Below the pieces are notes generated by a model, which saw only the letters and a list, made by a program, of their open reading frames with translations, had not been told where the DNA came from and ran no database searches. This document shows positions 10,528 through 21,900 of a stretch of DNA of 64,000 nt, piece after piece. Location: contig JANPJR010000030.1 of NCBI GenBank assembly GCA_031425615.1, positions 210,492 to 274,491 of the forward strand. Reading direction: 5' to 3'. The position numbers and the translations under genes were made by a program. The DNA comes from Cytophagales bacterium. GTDB taxonomy: Bacteria > Bacteroidota > Bacteroidia > Cytophagales > Microscillaceae. How positions within the stretch are numbered: position 1 is the stretch's first letter; each line of letters begins with the position of its first letter.

Positions 10528-10562
10528 GTGGTCAAATTTTTTGTTTTTACTAAAAAAAACTA

Positions 10563-10650
10563 ACAACTGGATTGACTAAAATTACTGAAAAAACCGAAAA
10601 CTGAATTGACTAAAATTACTAAAAAAACCGAAAACTGGATTAACTAAATT
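10563..10650. repeat. ~37-bp tandem repeat (about 2.4 copies)
   Basis: 'aactggattgactaaaattactgaaaaaaccgaaa' repeated ('aactgaattgactaaaattactaaaaaaaccgaaaactggattaactaaatt'). Confidence 0.7.
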
Positions 10651-10791
10651 AACATTAACAAAAAATTTTGAAGAAATAAAGGGGTAAAACGTTACAAATC
10701 ATCTGGTAATCTCGTATCTCTTAAAAACATTAAATAGTTAAAAAAAAATAATTTGTATCTTAATATTTTTTTAAATAATTTTCTTAAAATC

Positions 10792-11616
10792 ATGCGTTAT
10801 TCAAAAATTCTTTTGGTTGTGTTGTGGATTTCGTTAAGTGCGATGCTGTTTGGTGATAAATATAGAACAGTAAAAAACGATATATTTCAAAAAGGTGAAC
10901 ACATTGAATACACCGTACAATATGGTTTTATCAAGGCTGGCGTGGCAGAAGTAGATGTGAGTTATAAACATTTTTTGCTTAATAATAGGGTTTGTTATAA
11001 AATAGATGTAACAGGAAAAACCATTGGTGCTGGTGGTGCAGTAGTGCGTGTAAATGACACTTGGCGTACATATATGGATACTTCTGCGTTTTTGGCACAC
11101 CGTTCTTACCGCAAATTGGAAGAAGGGAATTATAGACGTGAGGAACTTTCGGACTATAACCCTACAACTAAAAAAGGCATTATGAAATTTACAGAATACA
11201 GCGAAGGCGAACCCAAAGAAAAACACCGCAAAAACGAAAAGCCTTTTACAATTCCTGACAATGTGCAAGACATGGTAAGCGGTTATTATTTTTTGAGGAC
11301 ATTGAATTTTGATGAAATGAAAATGGACGAAATAGTGAAAGTATCTGGTATGCTTGAAGATGTAAGCTATGACCTTAATATTCGCTATAAAGGAAAGGAA
11401 ATTGTAAAAACTAAATTTGGTAAAATGCACGCACACAAACTTGTGCCTATCATGCCTGCAAACCAAATGTTCAGTGGTGAAAAATCTATTCGTTTTTGGG
11501 TTTCTGATGACAAAAACCGCATTCCTATACGTATTGAAGCTGATATGTGGATTGGAAAAGTAGTAGTGGAATTGAGTGATTATAAAAATGTAAGACACAA
11601 ATTTAATTTTAAATAA
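10792..11616 (+). CDS. DUF3108 domain protein
   Basis: Start moved to Met 'MRYSKILLVVLWISLSA' (signal-like). DUF3108-like N-terminus 'GEHIEYTVQYGFIKAGVAEVDV'. Confidence 0.55.
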   Translation: MRYSKILLVVLWISLSAMLFGDKYRTVKNDIFQKGEHIEYTVQYGFIKAGVAEVDVSYKHFLLNNRVCYKIDVTGKTIGAGGAVVRVNDTWRTYMDTSAFLAHRSYRKLEEGNYRREELSDYNPTTKKGIMKFTEYSEGEPKEKHRKNEKPFTIPDNVQDMVSGYYFLRTLNFDEMKMDEIVKVSGMLEDVSYDLNIRYKGKEIVKTKFGKMHAHKLVPIMPANQMFSGEKSIRFWVSDDKNRIPIRIEADMWIGKVVVELSDYKNVRHKFNFK

Positions 11617-11664
11617 AAGTAATCGTATTGAAAAGCTACTTTTAATTTTAAAAAAAACACGTAA

Positions 11665-11712
11665 TAAAAAAAACATATTTTAACTAAAAATATGTTTTTT
11701 TTGTTTTTTTTT
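11665..11712 (+). terminator. rho-independent terminator after DUF3108 gene
   Basis: Stem 'aaacatattt-taactaa-aaatatgttt' followed by T-runs. Confidence 0.65.
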
Positions 11713-11830
11713 TGAAAAATTTAATATTCCCAAAAAAAGAACTATTTTTGTATAAATTTTCAAAAACAACTTTTAAAAGTTATTTTTTTTAAAAATTTAC
11801 TTTTTATTATTTAATTCATTAACATAATTT

Positions 11831-12448
11831 ATGTTTACTGGTATTGTTGAAACGCTTGCAAAAGTGGTACAAATTCAACCTGAAAATGGGAATATACATT
11901 TTACCCTACACAATGACATTGCACACACATTCAAAATAGACCAGAGCATATCGCACAATGGCGTTTGTCTTACGGTGGTAGCTATAGACAAAACCAACAA
12001 TACTTATACTGTAACTGCCATTGCTGAAACTTTGCAAAAAACCAATCTTGGACAAGTCCAATTACATGACTTTGTGAATATAGAACAAAGTATGCAATGG
12101 AATGGACGCATAGATGGACATATCGTACAAGGACATATAGACCAAATAGCCCAATGTGTAATGGCTCAAGAAGACGCAGGAAGTTGGCGTTTTGGATTTC
12201 AATATGACCAAAAAACCCAAAACATTACAGTAGAAAAAGGTTCTATTTGTATTAATGGTGTAAGTCTTACAGTTGTAGCATCAAAACCAGATTATTTTTC
12301 AGTTGCTATTATCCCTTATACTTACGAACATACCAATTTTAAAAACTTAAAAGTTGGTAGTATAGTTAATATTGAATTTGATATTTTGGGAAAATATATC
12401 CAAAAATACCTTCAAAATATGAACATGGTATTGACACCAAAAGACTAA
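11831..12448 (+). CDS. ribE: riboflavin synthase alpha subunit
   Basis: 205 aa starting 'MFTGIVE', with two lumazine-binding repeats. Confidence 0.9.
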   Translation: MFTGIVETLAKVVQIQPENGNIHFTLHNDIAHTFKIDQSISHNGVCLTVVAIDKTNNTYTVTAIAETLQKTNLGQVQLHDFVNIEQSMQWNGRIDGHIVQGHIDQIAQCVMAQEDAGSWRFGFQYDQKTQNITVEKGSICINGVSLTVVASKPDYFSVAIIPYTYEHTNFKNLKVGSIVNIEFDILGKYIQKYLQNMNMVLTPKD

Positions 12449-12532
12449 TTACAAAAAGATTAACCAAAAAAATAATGCAAAGACATAAATTTTACAAACA
12501 AAAACACGGACTAAAAAATCTACAATACTTTT

Positions 12533-13291
12533 ATGAAAAATCTTAATTGTATGATAATAGATGACGATGAAGTATGTAGAAGTATTTTGTCGCATTATAT
12601 CAAAAAAACTGAAAATCTTACCCTTATTCATTCCTCAGGAGATGCAATAGAAGGTTATAATTTGCTCAAAAAAGAAGGTCAAAATATTGATATTCTTTTT
12701 TTAGATGTAGAAATGCCAGAAATGTCTGGTTTTGATATTATTAGAATAATGGAACAAGACCCCAAAAAATACATTATTATTACCACAAGCAGAGAGCATT
12801 ATGCAGTAGAGGCTTTTGAATTAAATGTTGATGATTATTTGCTCAAACCAGTCAATTATCCAAGATTTTTAAAGGGTATTGAAAAAATACAAAAAAAAGC
12901 AACCGCAGAAGAAGCTACAATCACAGAAGATATTTTTGAATCCAAATCTTTTTTTGTACGCTCCAAACATAGTATTGTGCGAATTGTTCCCGAAGATATC
13001 TGTTTTATAGAGGCTTTTGCAGATTATATATTGATTTACACTATGAATCCACACTATTCTCCCAACACTAAAACTGAACGAAACCAAAAGTATATAGTGC
13101 ATATCACCCTCAAATCACTTGAAGAAAAATTAGAAAAATATAAATATTTGGTACGTGTGCATAAGTCTTATGTGATAAATATTCATAAAATGGAAAGTTT
13201 TAAAGATGGAATGATTTATACCAATGGTGAAGAAATTCCAATTGGTAGAAATTATAAAACTGATTTTTTAGAAAGAATAAAACCTATTTAA
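12533..13291 (+). CDS. LytTR-family response regulator (REC + LytTR DNA-binding)
   Basis: 252 aa with receiver Asp pocket 'IIDDDE...LDVEMPEMSGF' and a C-terminal LytTR domain. Confidence 0.85.
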   Translation: MKNLNCMIIDDDEVCRSILSHYIKKTENLTLIHSSGDAIEGYNLLKKEGQNIDILFLDVEMPEMSGFDIIRIMEQDPKKYIIITTSREHYAVEAFELNVDDYLLKPVNYPRFLKGIEKIQKKATAEEATITEDIFESKSFFVRSKHSIVRIVPEDICFIEAFADYILIYTMNPHYSPNTKTERNQKYIVHITLKSLEEKLEKYKYLVRVHKSYVINIHKMESFKDGMIYTNGEEIPIGRNYKTDFLERIKPI

Positions 13292-13304
13292 AAACCCAAA
13301 TAAA

Positions 13305-13340
13305 AAAAGCCAATTTCTTACATGGAATTGGCTTTTTTTA
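13305..13340. terminator. bidirectional rho-independent terminator between convergent genes
   Basis: Hairpin 'aagccaatt-tcttacatgg-aattggctt' with a 5' A-run and 3' T-run. Confidence 0.75.
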
Positions 13341-13368
13341 TTAAATTTACAAAAACTGACAACTTAAA

Positions 13369-14460
13369 CTACTTGATAAATTGTGCCAAAGGCCCGCTTG
13401 GGTGAAAAAATGGTCTTAAATCTTTGTATTGAATACGCAAATATCCACAACCACGATATTTGTGGGGGAGGCGTTCTGTAAGGTGAAATGTAATCTTGTC
13501 TTTGCTCATAGAGAAAGAAGTGCTTTCGTCCAATTTGAGTTTACATTTTTCTTTATCTCCCTCTGCGAGTTCATTTTTACAAAGTTCTTCAACTTTTTTT
13601 AAGATAAAATTATTCAGTTCAAAAAGTGCATTGGGTTTGAATAAATCTTGGATTTCATACACTTTACCACGTTTAAAATTGATGTTGATGCCATGTGAAT
13701 CATCAAAAAGTTGTGTTGCTTTGTCTTTGGACAAATGGTGATGTTTGTGTATGCTCATCATATCTTTGCCCATATAACTAAGTTCATAATTTACATCTTC
13801 TTTGAAGTTGTACGTAAGTGTATTTTTGTCTACATTTTGGAGTTGTGTACCAGAGCGGAAATAATCCTCCAATAGCCTATTGACACGTTTTCCCACATTG
13901 AAATCTGTGTAGCCAATTACTTGTGGATAATCTATTTCCACAAAACGCTCACCATCAACAGATTTTTTGATAATTTCTTTTTTTTGTACTTCTTTGATAT
14001 TTACTTCTTGAAAATTTTTGAGGGTAAATAAAAAAGTTTTGTTATTTTTACCATCTTCATCTTTTATTGTACCAATCAACACTTTTCCATCTTTGATTTT
14101 GGCGTTCATCATTCTTTGGTCTTGTGTATTGAGCATAATATCACCATTGTCTTGCAAAGTACCTTCAAATTTTACTTCTTTTTCAGGCGTAGCCAATAAC
14201 CAATATGTCCCTGACATATTTTTGCTATACTTTCTGAGGTTGATTTGTGCAGGTTGTCCGCCTATTTCACCCAAATATGAATTGTCAGAATTTGGCAAAG
14301 TTTCTACATTTTTTTGTTGTTCTGTATTATCGGTTTTTTTAGCAGTAGAATCTTTTTTGGTATTTTCTGAGGTTGTAGTCGTATTGCAAGCACTAAGGCA
14401 TATAAACGCACTACAAAATATTGTAGAAATTGTATTTTTTAAATGTTTGTTTAAAATCAT
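13369..14460 (-). CDS. lipoprotein, hypothetical
   Basis: 363 aa with signal peptide and lipobox ('CSAFICLSAC'). Thr/Asn-rich linker. Confidence 0.55.
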   Translation of the reverse strand: MILNKHLKNTISTIFCSAFICLSACNTTTTSENTKKDSTAKKTDNTEQQKNVETLPNSDNSYLGEIGGQPAQINLRKYSKNMSGTYWLLATPEKEVKFEGTLQDNGDIMLNTQDQRMMNAKIKDGKVLIGTIKDEDGKNNKTFLFTLKNFQEVNIKEVQKKEIIKKSVDGERFVEIDYPQVIGYTDFNVGKRVNRLLEDYFRSGTQLQNVDKNTLTYNFKEDVNYELSYMGKDMMSIHKHHHLSKDKATQLFDDSHGININFKRGKVYEIQDLFKPNALFELNNFILKKVEELCKNELAEGDKEKCKLKLDESTSFSMSKDKITFHLTERLPHKYRGCGYLRIQYKDLRPFFHPSGPLAQFIK

Positions 14461-15068
14461 AAAAATATAGTTAATGGATTATGGATTATAAATTAAAGCA
14501 AGTTATCAGTTTTTGTAAAATCTTATCAAATTATATTTTTAATGCAAAAAACAATAACAAAAAATAATAAAACAAGTAGCTATTTTATTTTGAAAAAAAT
14601 AACACACAACTTGGGTTATATTTTTGATTATATTTATTTAATGTATGAAATATATTTTACCTTTTTTAAACAATCATTGTTCCAAAAAAATATTTATACA
14701 AATACAAAGTATAAAATTCTTTCTTATTTAAAAATAAATATAGCTTTTTGTTACAAAAATATGAATAAAAAAGAGAAAATTTACAAATTTATAGAAATAA
14801 ACTTTTAGGCATTTTTGATTTTTAGACAAAAAAATATCGTATTCCACAGGAATTTTAGTATTTTTTGCAGATTTTCCCGCGGATTTTTTTTATTTTTTCA
14901 TAATTTTTTTTGTAAACGCTTAAAAAAAACTTTCATAATTTTTACACATATTTTACGTATTTTTTATATTTTGTTTTGTATTTTTGCCTAAATTTTTTTT
15001 TATTACAAAAACAAAAAAATATCTTTTCTAAAAATAATTCCCTAAAAAAAAACATAATACATAAAAAA

Positions 15069-16463
15069 ATGGCAAATCAATATGATGTGATTGTGGTAGG
15101 TTCAGGCCCTGGTGGATATGTGGCAGCAATTCGTGCCTCACAATTAGGCTTAAAAACCGCAGTAGTAGAAAAAGAAGAACTTGGCGGTATTTGCCTTAAT
15201 TGGGGCTGTATTCCTACAAAAGCACTTTTGAAAAGTGCGCAAGTTTTTGATTACATCAAACACGCAAAAGATTACGGTATCAGTGTAAATGCACCAACCG
15301 CAGACTTTGGGGCAATGGTAAAACGTAGCAGAGACGTAGCAGGTGGCATGAGCAAAGGCGTTAATTTTTTGATGAAAAAAAATAAAATTGATGTATTACT
15401 TGGTTTTGGCAAACTCGTGGCAGGCAAACAAGTAGAAGTTACTGATAAAGATGGCAAAAAAACTAATTACACCGCTCAACACATTATCCTCGCAACAGGT
15501 GGAAGAGCAAGAGAATTGCCTAATTTGCCTATTGACAACAAAAAAATTATTGGCTACCGCAAAGCGATGGTATTGGAAAACCAACCAAAATCTATGGTAA
15601 TAGTAGGCTCTGGTGCAATAGGTGTAGAATTTGCATATTTTTATAATAGCATTGGTACAAAAGTTACAATTGTGGAGTTTATGCCTACGATTGTGCCTGT
15701 GGAAGATGAAGATATTTCTAAAGAACTTGCCAAAATATACAAAAAAGCAGGCGTTGAAATCATGACCAATTCCGAAGTTCTAAGCGTAAATACCGCAGGA
15801 GAAGGTTGCAAAGTGAAAATCAAAACGCAAACAGGTGAAGTGTCATTGGATTGTGACATCGTATTGTCTGCGGTAGGCGTTGCAACTAATATTGAAGGCA
15901 TTGGTTTGGAGGAATTGGGCATCAAAACCGAAAAAGGTAGGGTAATTGTTGATGATTTTGGGGCAACAAATATCGCAGGTATTTATGCGATTGGCGACAT
16001 TACACGCGGACAAGCATTGGCACACGTAGCGAGCGCAGAAGGCATTATTTGTGTGGAAAAAATCGCTGGGCATCACCCTGAGCCTTTGGATTATAATAAT
16101 ATTCCTGGTTGTACATATTGTCAGCCCGAAATTGCTTCGGTTGGTCTTACAGAAAAAAAAGCAAGAGAAATGGGTTATGACATCAAAGTAGGCAAATTTC
16201 CGTTTTCTGCGTCAGGCAAAGCAAGTGCAGGAGGTGTGAAAGATGGTTTTGTAAAAGTGATTTTTGATGCACAATATGGTGAATGGCTGGGAGCGCATCT
16301 TATTGGTGCAAATGTTACAGAAATGATTGCGGAAGTGGTAGTAGCACGCAAATTGGAAACCACAGGACACGAAATCATCAAATCTGTACACCCTCACCCT
16401 ACTATGTCAGAAGCCATCATGGAAGCTACCGCAGCAGCATATGGCGAAGTAATACATTTGTAG
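15069..16463 (+). CDS. lpdA: dihydrolipoyl dehydrogenase
   Basis: Start at internal Met ('MANQYDVIVVGSGPGGY'). Redox disulfide 'GGICLNWGCIPTK'. The upstream in-frame 31 codons are an AT-rich leader. Confidence 0.9.
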   Translation: MANQYDVIVVGSGPGGYVAAIRASQLGLKTAVVEKEELGGICLNWGCIPTKALLKSAQVFDYIKHAKDYGISVNAPTADFGAMVKRSRDVAGGMSKGVNFLMKKNKIDVLLGFGKLVAGKQVEVTDKDGKKTNYTAQHIILATGGRARELPNLPIDNKKIIGYRKAMVLENQPKSMVIVGSGAIGVEFAYFYNSIGTKVTIVEFMPTIVPVEDEDISKELAKIYKKAGVEIMTNSEVLSVNTAGEGCKVKIKTQTGEVSLDCDIVLSAVGVATNIEGIGLEELGIKTEKGRVIVDDFGATNIAGIYAIGDITRGQALAHVASAEGIICVEKIAGHHPEPLDYNNIPGCTYCQPEIASVGLTEKKAREMGYDIKVGKFPFSASGKASAGGVKDGFVKVIFDAQYGEWLGAHLIGANVTEMIAEVVVARKLETTGHEIIKSVHPHPTMSEAIMEATAAAYGEVIHL

Positions 16464-16627
16464 TTTTATGGGTAAAAATAATTACCAAAAACAAAAAAAA
16501 TCCCCATAATGAAAAACCTAAAAAATCTTTCGTTATGGCAAAATATTTCTTGTAACAATTACGCAATATAGGCTATCAATTTGTAGTTTGATAGCTTGTT
16601 TTTATTTGTAGGTTTAATTAAAAAAAT

Positions 16628-17716
16628 ATGCATATTAATATGAATATCACAGAAAAAAACGTATTAGACGCACTTAGCACTGTTGAAGAACCTGATTTGA
16701 AAAAAGATTTGGTTACGCTCAACATGATACGCAATATAAAAATAACAGGAAATCGTATTGTTTTTACCATAATGCTCACTACGCCTGCGTGTCCGCTCAA
16801 AGAATTGATACGCAAAAATTGTGAAAACGCACTTTATACCCATATTTCAAAAGATATTGAAATAGAAATAGAAATGAATGCAGAAGTAACAAGTAGCACC
16901 ACAAACCGCACACTTTTACCCAATGTTCGCAATATCGTGGCAATAGCATCAGGCAAAGGAGGCGTAGGCAAAAGCACCATAACTGCCAATCTCGCACTCG
17001 CATTGGCACAAAGCGGTGCAAGCGTAGGTGTATTAGATGCTGACATTTCAGGCCCTTCAATACCTATTATGTTTGGCGTAGAACATGAAAAACCTGATAT
17101 GTACCGCAACGAACAAGGGAGAACTGTCATAATACCTATTCAGCGTTTTGGTATTAAATTTATTTCAATGGGTTTTCTTGCACCAGCAGAACAAGCAGTT
17201 CCTTGGCGAGGTCCTATGGCAAGCAAAGCGTTGATGCAGTTTTTGGGTGATACTGAATGGGGTGATTTGGATTATTTGTTGATTGACCTCCCGCCAGGCA
17301 CAAGCGATATTCACATTACGCTCACACAATCAGTAAGCCTTACAGGTGCAATTATTGTAACTACGCCCCAAAAAATTGCCTTAGCTGATGCCTTGAAAGC
17401 TATTGCCATGTTTCACCAACCTGCTACCAAAGCCCCTATTTTGGGACTTGTGGAAAATATGGCATATTTTACACCTGCAGAATTGCCCAACAATAAATAT
17501 TATATTTTTGGAGAAAATGGCGGTAAAGATTTTGCAGAACGCAATGTAATTACACTTTTGGGACAAATTCCAATCGTACAAAGCATCAGAGAAGGCGGTG
17601 ATAATGGTGTGCCTGCGGTGGAAAGTTCAGACGAAATCACACGCAAAGCCTTCAAAGAACTTGCCCAAAATCTTGCCCAACAAGTTGCTTTAAAAAATGC
17701 AGGTGTTTTGGTGTAA
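16628..17716 (+). CDS. apbC: Mrp/ApbC/NBP35 Fe-S cluster carrier ATPase
   Basis: 362 aa with N-terminal DUF59/MIP18-like domain, P-loop 'GKGGVGKST' and a ParA/MinD fold. Confidence 0.88.
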   Translation: MHINMNITEKNVLDALSTVEEPDLKKDLVTLNMIRNIKITGNRIVFTIMLTTPACPLKELIRKNCENALYTHISKDIEIEIEMNAEVTSSTTNRTLLPNVRNIVAIASGKGGVGKSTITANLALALAQSGASVGVLDADISGPSIPIMFGVEHEKPDMYRNEQGRTVIIPIQRFGIKFISMGFLAPAEQAVPWRGPMASKALMQFLGDTEWGDLDYLLIDLPPGTSDIHITLTQSVSLTGAIIVTTPQKIALADALKAIAMFHQPATKAPILGLVENMAYFTPAELPNNKYYIFGENGGKDFAERNVITLLGQIPIVQSIREGGDNGVPAVESSDEITRKAFKELAQNLAQQVALKNAGVLV

Positions 17717-17826
17717 GTGTTAAAGTTGTCAGGTGTTTTGGTTGTTAGGGTTTTTAGTTAATTAAAAACAAAAAACCGCTCTATTTTAAAAATAAAACGG
17801 TTTTTTTTTAAAAAAAAATAAAATCC

Positions 17827-18246
17827 TTAGAATTTATCTATGCTTGCGAAGAAGAAATTTCCTTCAATGATTGCATTTTCATCTGAATCAGAGCCATGAA
17901 TAGCATTTGCTTCAATAGATTTTGCAAATATTTTGCGAATAGTGCCTTCCGCAGCATTTGCAGGGTTAGTAGCACCAATCAACGTACGGAAATCTTCTAC
18001 TGCGTTGGTTTTTTCTAAAATCATTGGTACGATATGCCCAGATGACATATAAGCACACAAATCATTGTAAAAAGGGCGTTCTTTATGCACAGCATAAAAC
18101 TTGCCTGCGGTTTCTGCTGACATTTTTGTCATTTTCATCGCTACAATGCGAAAACCTGCTTCTTCAATCATTTTAATAATTGCCCCTGTATTATTTGCAG
18201 CTACTGCATCGGGCTTAATCATTGTGTAGGTGATATTACCTGCCAT
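17827..18246 (-). CDS. ndk: nucleoside diphosphate kinase
   Basis: 139 aa with '[10 protein letters not shown]' and the 'NAIHGSDS' active-site His. Confidence 0.9.
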   Translation of the reverse strand: MAGNITYTMIKPDAVAANNTGAIIKMIEEAGFRIVAMKMTKMSAETAGKFYAVHKERPFYNDLCAYMSSGHIVPMILEKTNAVEDFRTLIGATNPANAAEGTIRKIFAKSIEANAIHGSDSDENAIIEGNFFFASIDKF

Positions 18247-18302
18247 TTTTTTGTTTTTTTTGTAAAAATTTATGGAAAACTATTTTTTTGCAAAGATAGG
18301 CA

Positions 18303-18350
18303 TAAATTAGGAATTAAAAATTAGGAATTAGGAATAAATTAAGAATTGAT
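18303..18350. repeat. heptamer-periodic repeat (AATTAGG type) upstream of ndk
   Basis: 'taaattaggaattaaaaattaggaattaggaataaattaagaattga'. Confidence 0.7.
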
Positions 18351-18461
18351 TGTTAAAAAATTAAAAAAACTTGTATTTAAAAATTTCAAAATATAAATTA
18401 AATGCTTTACATTTGTTTTTGAAAAACATGAATTCTAAAAAAAACAAAAAATTTATTTAAA

Positions 18462-18866
18462 ATGAAAAAAGACATAGAATTTCCACACGTTACAGGCGTG
18501 CATGTAGGTATTACACAAGACAGCGAGGGTTTTTGGGAAGTTTTTTTGATAAATGACAATGATTTTGTCCTACAAAATATATTGATTACTTCCACAGGGT
18601 ATTTGGCAGAAGACGACAATCCAAAAAAAATGCAACAACAAACCTCTACCTTGCGACACGCTGTTCCGATTTTGCAAGCAAATGAATACGCCAAAATTGA
18701 AATGATTGATGCAGAGGTTTTTCACCTTTGCAATGAATATTGGATAAGTTATTATGTAGATGGAAAAATTTATGATAAAAAATTTATTTTTATGCCTAAT
18801 ACAATTTCCAAAGAAAATTTTGTTTATATTGAAAATTTAGAGAAAGAAGGCGTATTACATAGCTAA
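18462..18866 (+). CDS. hypothetical protein
   Basis: 134-aa ORF with good coding look and a terminator downstream. No recognisable family. Confidence 0.45.
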   Translation: MKKDIEFPHVTGVHVGITQDSEGFWEVFLINDNDFVLQNILITSTGYLAEDDNPKKMQQQTSTLRHAVPILQANEYAKIEMIDAEVFHLCNEYWISYYVDGKIYDKKFIFMPNTISKENFVYIENLEKEGVLHS

Positions 18867-18893
18867 AAACCTTCTTGAATAAATTATTTTTAA

Positions 18894-18936
18894 CAAAAAA
18901 ATCTTGCATTATTCAAAATGCAAGATTTTTTTTTAT
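18894..18936. terminator. bidirectional rho-independent terminator
   Basis: Hairpin 'atcttgcatt-attcaaa-aatgcaagat' flanked by an A-run and T9. Confidence 0.8.
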
Positions 18937-18954
18937 ATTTAGAAAACAGAAAAT

Positions 18955-21900
18955 CTATACTTTTTGGAGGCAAGCAAGCCATTGTTTTGTATTTTTGTTT
19001 TCATCACGCAAAGGGTAGAAAAAAGTACGGAATTTGAGTTTTTCACCTTCTTTTCCTACATATTTTACCACTTTTGCGGTAGAGATTCCTTGTTGTATTT
19101 GTGCTTGCCATTCTTGGTATTCATCACTTTCTTTTTCAGAAATGTCTAACAAATCTGTAAAAGGACACGCTAATATTTCACCTTCTTTGTAGCCCAACGC
19201 CCAAATAGCTTGTTGGTTGATGCGTGAAACTGTGCCTTCCATATCCACTTCTATAATAATAAGGCTACTTTCAAGTGCTTTTACCCTGTCCTCTGCCATA
19301 GACACAATCGTTGCGGAAGGCGTATTAGGATAAGGTGGTGGCATGAGATGATTGAACAGATGTACGATTTCTGTAACTTGGTTATCTTTGTTGATAATAG
19401 GGATAAAACTTGTATGATAAAATGATTTTTCGCCTTTTGTAGAGATAAACGCAAGTTCTTCCACATTTTGGGCAATACCTACTTTTACGCCTTCCCACAT
19501 TACTTTAAAATCTTTGCTTTCAGCAAAGTTTTTATCTAAAAAATCCGTATAAGTTTGCCCTATAAGTTCAGTACCTTGCAGGCGTGTAAGTTGCAAAAAC
19601 TTTTGGTTTGCACTTAGGATTTCGCCTTCGGGAGATATTTCCAACACCGCAAAAATGGCATTGATTTTATCAAAAAGTTCTACGAGTTCTCTTTCTCTTT
19701 GGTTAAGCATATTGGCAGTTTGTTCCAAAAATTCTTTTTTTCGCACCAAATCTTCTTGTATAATTTCCAAATCTGCAAGTTTTTCATTGAAAGAATTTTG
19801 TTTTTCCTGCCAATGTGTAGCAGTTTTTTCTTCAATGTCAGCGATTTGATTTTCTAAGGATTGTATGCTGATGGTGTCTTTTTGGTGTTTTTCTTTGAGT
19901 TGTGCAATTTCAAGCAATAATTCTGCAATTTCAGGTATTTCTATGAAATTATCAACAGTATTAGGCACAATATTTTGAGAAATATTATCAGTTTGTTGTT
20001 TTTGTTGGTTTAGCGTTTCGTTGAGGGTTAATATTTGGTTTTCAAGGGCATTTATTTTTGCTTGGTAGTTTTGATTTTCAGTTTGTAAGTTGGTTATTTC
20101 TTGTGTTATTTGAGTATTTTCAGCTTTTTTGGCTTGTATTTTTAAGAAATTTTCTTCCAACTCGTTATTTTTTTGTTTCAATTCTTCTACAAGTTCTTTA
20201 AGGTCTTGTAATTCTTGGAGGTTATCTTCTTTTGGTGGTTGATTTTGTTGTAATAGATACTGCGAAACGAGGAGTTCGTCCTCTTTTTTGCGTAGTTTTT
20301 GGATTGTATTTTCAAACTGTGTAATGAGGTCTTTATATTTTTGTTCAAAACTTTGTAATTCTTGGCTTAGGAGTCCATTTTTTTCCAACGTTTCGTCCAA
20401 ATCAAGCCTTAAATAATGCGTTTCTTTTTCAAAAATTTCATTTTTAGTAGCAATTTGTTGTGAAATTTGGACAATAAGTTGTTCTTTTTCTTGTATATCG
20501 CTAAGGATATTTTGCAATTTTTCTGCCTGCCAAGTATTTATTTTTTCCAATTCGTTATATTTTTCGGTATTTTCTTGTGATTCCTTAAGCATATTCTGCA
20601 ATTTTTCTGCCTGCCAAGTATTTATTTTTTCCAATTCGTCATAATTAGACACAATTTTTTCCAATTCATGTTGTAGTGCAATTATTTTTTGTTGTGCTTC
20701 GTGCAATTCTTGTTCCCAATTTTCAGGTATTGCATACGCTTTTTCTTGCCAAAAATTAAGATTTGCCTGCAAATCATTGATGTATTGTTGCATTGCCTCT
20801 TTTTCTTGTGCTTTTTCTTCTTCTTGTATATTTTCTTGTGGCGTACTTTCTGTGGTTGTATTCGCAATTTTTTCAGAAAGTTCTGTAACCATGTTTTGCC
20901 AAAATGTAATATTTAATTGCAATTCATGTATATAGTGTTTTGTGGCATCTTTTTCGTCAGACGTTTGGTTTTCAGAGAGTTGTATTTTTGAAATTGCATT
21001 TTTGAGGTTGCTTATTTCCTCGTCTTGTTTTTCCAAAATATCATTTTTCCATTTGAGGGCTTCTTTTGCGATAGAAACATCATTATTTTTCTTACTAATA
21101 AGGTCTTCAAAACTGTTATTTTTTTGAATTAACTCATTTTTTTCCATTTCAAGGCTCAAATTTTGAGCTTCCAACGCTTTTAGTTTCTCCAAATATATTT
21201 TTTCCAAATCCACATTATTTTCTGCTTGTGATTGTGAAGTAATTATGTCTACGATATTTGGGGTATTTTTTGGTTTTTGAATATTTATTGTTGGTCTATT
21301 TTCTTCATCATCAATATAATAGGGTTCCAATTCTTCTGCTTGTTGTTGCAGATTTTTGGCTTGAATTTCTGCTTGTAGTTTTTGATTTTCTTCTCTAAGG
21401 ACTTTTATTTCTTTTTGTTGGTCTTTATAAATTTCAGATTGTTCAAAATTATCCATCAAAATCTCTTTTGTTTTTTGAGCATTCAACAAACTTTGCAAAG
21501 ACGCAGAAATATTGTGAGAAGCTCTATCCAAAAAAATCAAAAAACGAGGCATCAATTTATCCAATGTGCTCAATTCTATGACACCACTTACAGTTTTGTT
21601 GTATGCCAAAGGCAATACTACCATATAATTGGCTTTTATTTTGCCCAAAGACGAATTTACTTCGGTTTCTATTTCGTCCAAACACAACATTTCTTGCGAT
21701 TTGACTGCCTGCCCCACAAGCCCTTCCCCTATTTGGAACTGTGTGCGTTCCATTGTTTCCAACGTACAAGCATAACCTGCGGTTGCTTGCACCATATTTT
21801 TATCGTGATTGACCACAAAAAAAGCACCATGTATTGCACCTAATAAGCGTGCAAGGTATTGGATAAGGTTTTCAGAAAATTTTTTTGGTGTATTTTCAAA

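Noticed and set aside
10834-11676. 280-aa ORF antisense to the DUF3108 gene
   Set aside because: Low-complexity Phe/Ile/Lys-rich translation typical of an AT-rich antisense frame. The sense-strand gene has a recognisable domain and a terminator.
14542-14808. 88-aa ORF in the 600-bp AT-rich region upstream of lpdA
   Set aside because: Extremely AT-rich, Lys/Ile/Tyr/Asn low-complexity, no start context. More likely 5' regulatory or leader DNA.
17773-17804. Weak hairpin 'aaaaccg...cggtttt' between apbC and ndk
   Set aside because: Only a 7-bp AU-rich stem with an 18-nt loop. Possibly a weak terminator but not convincing enough to list as a feature.
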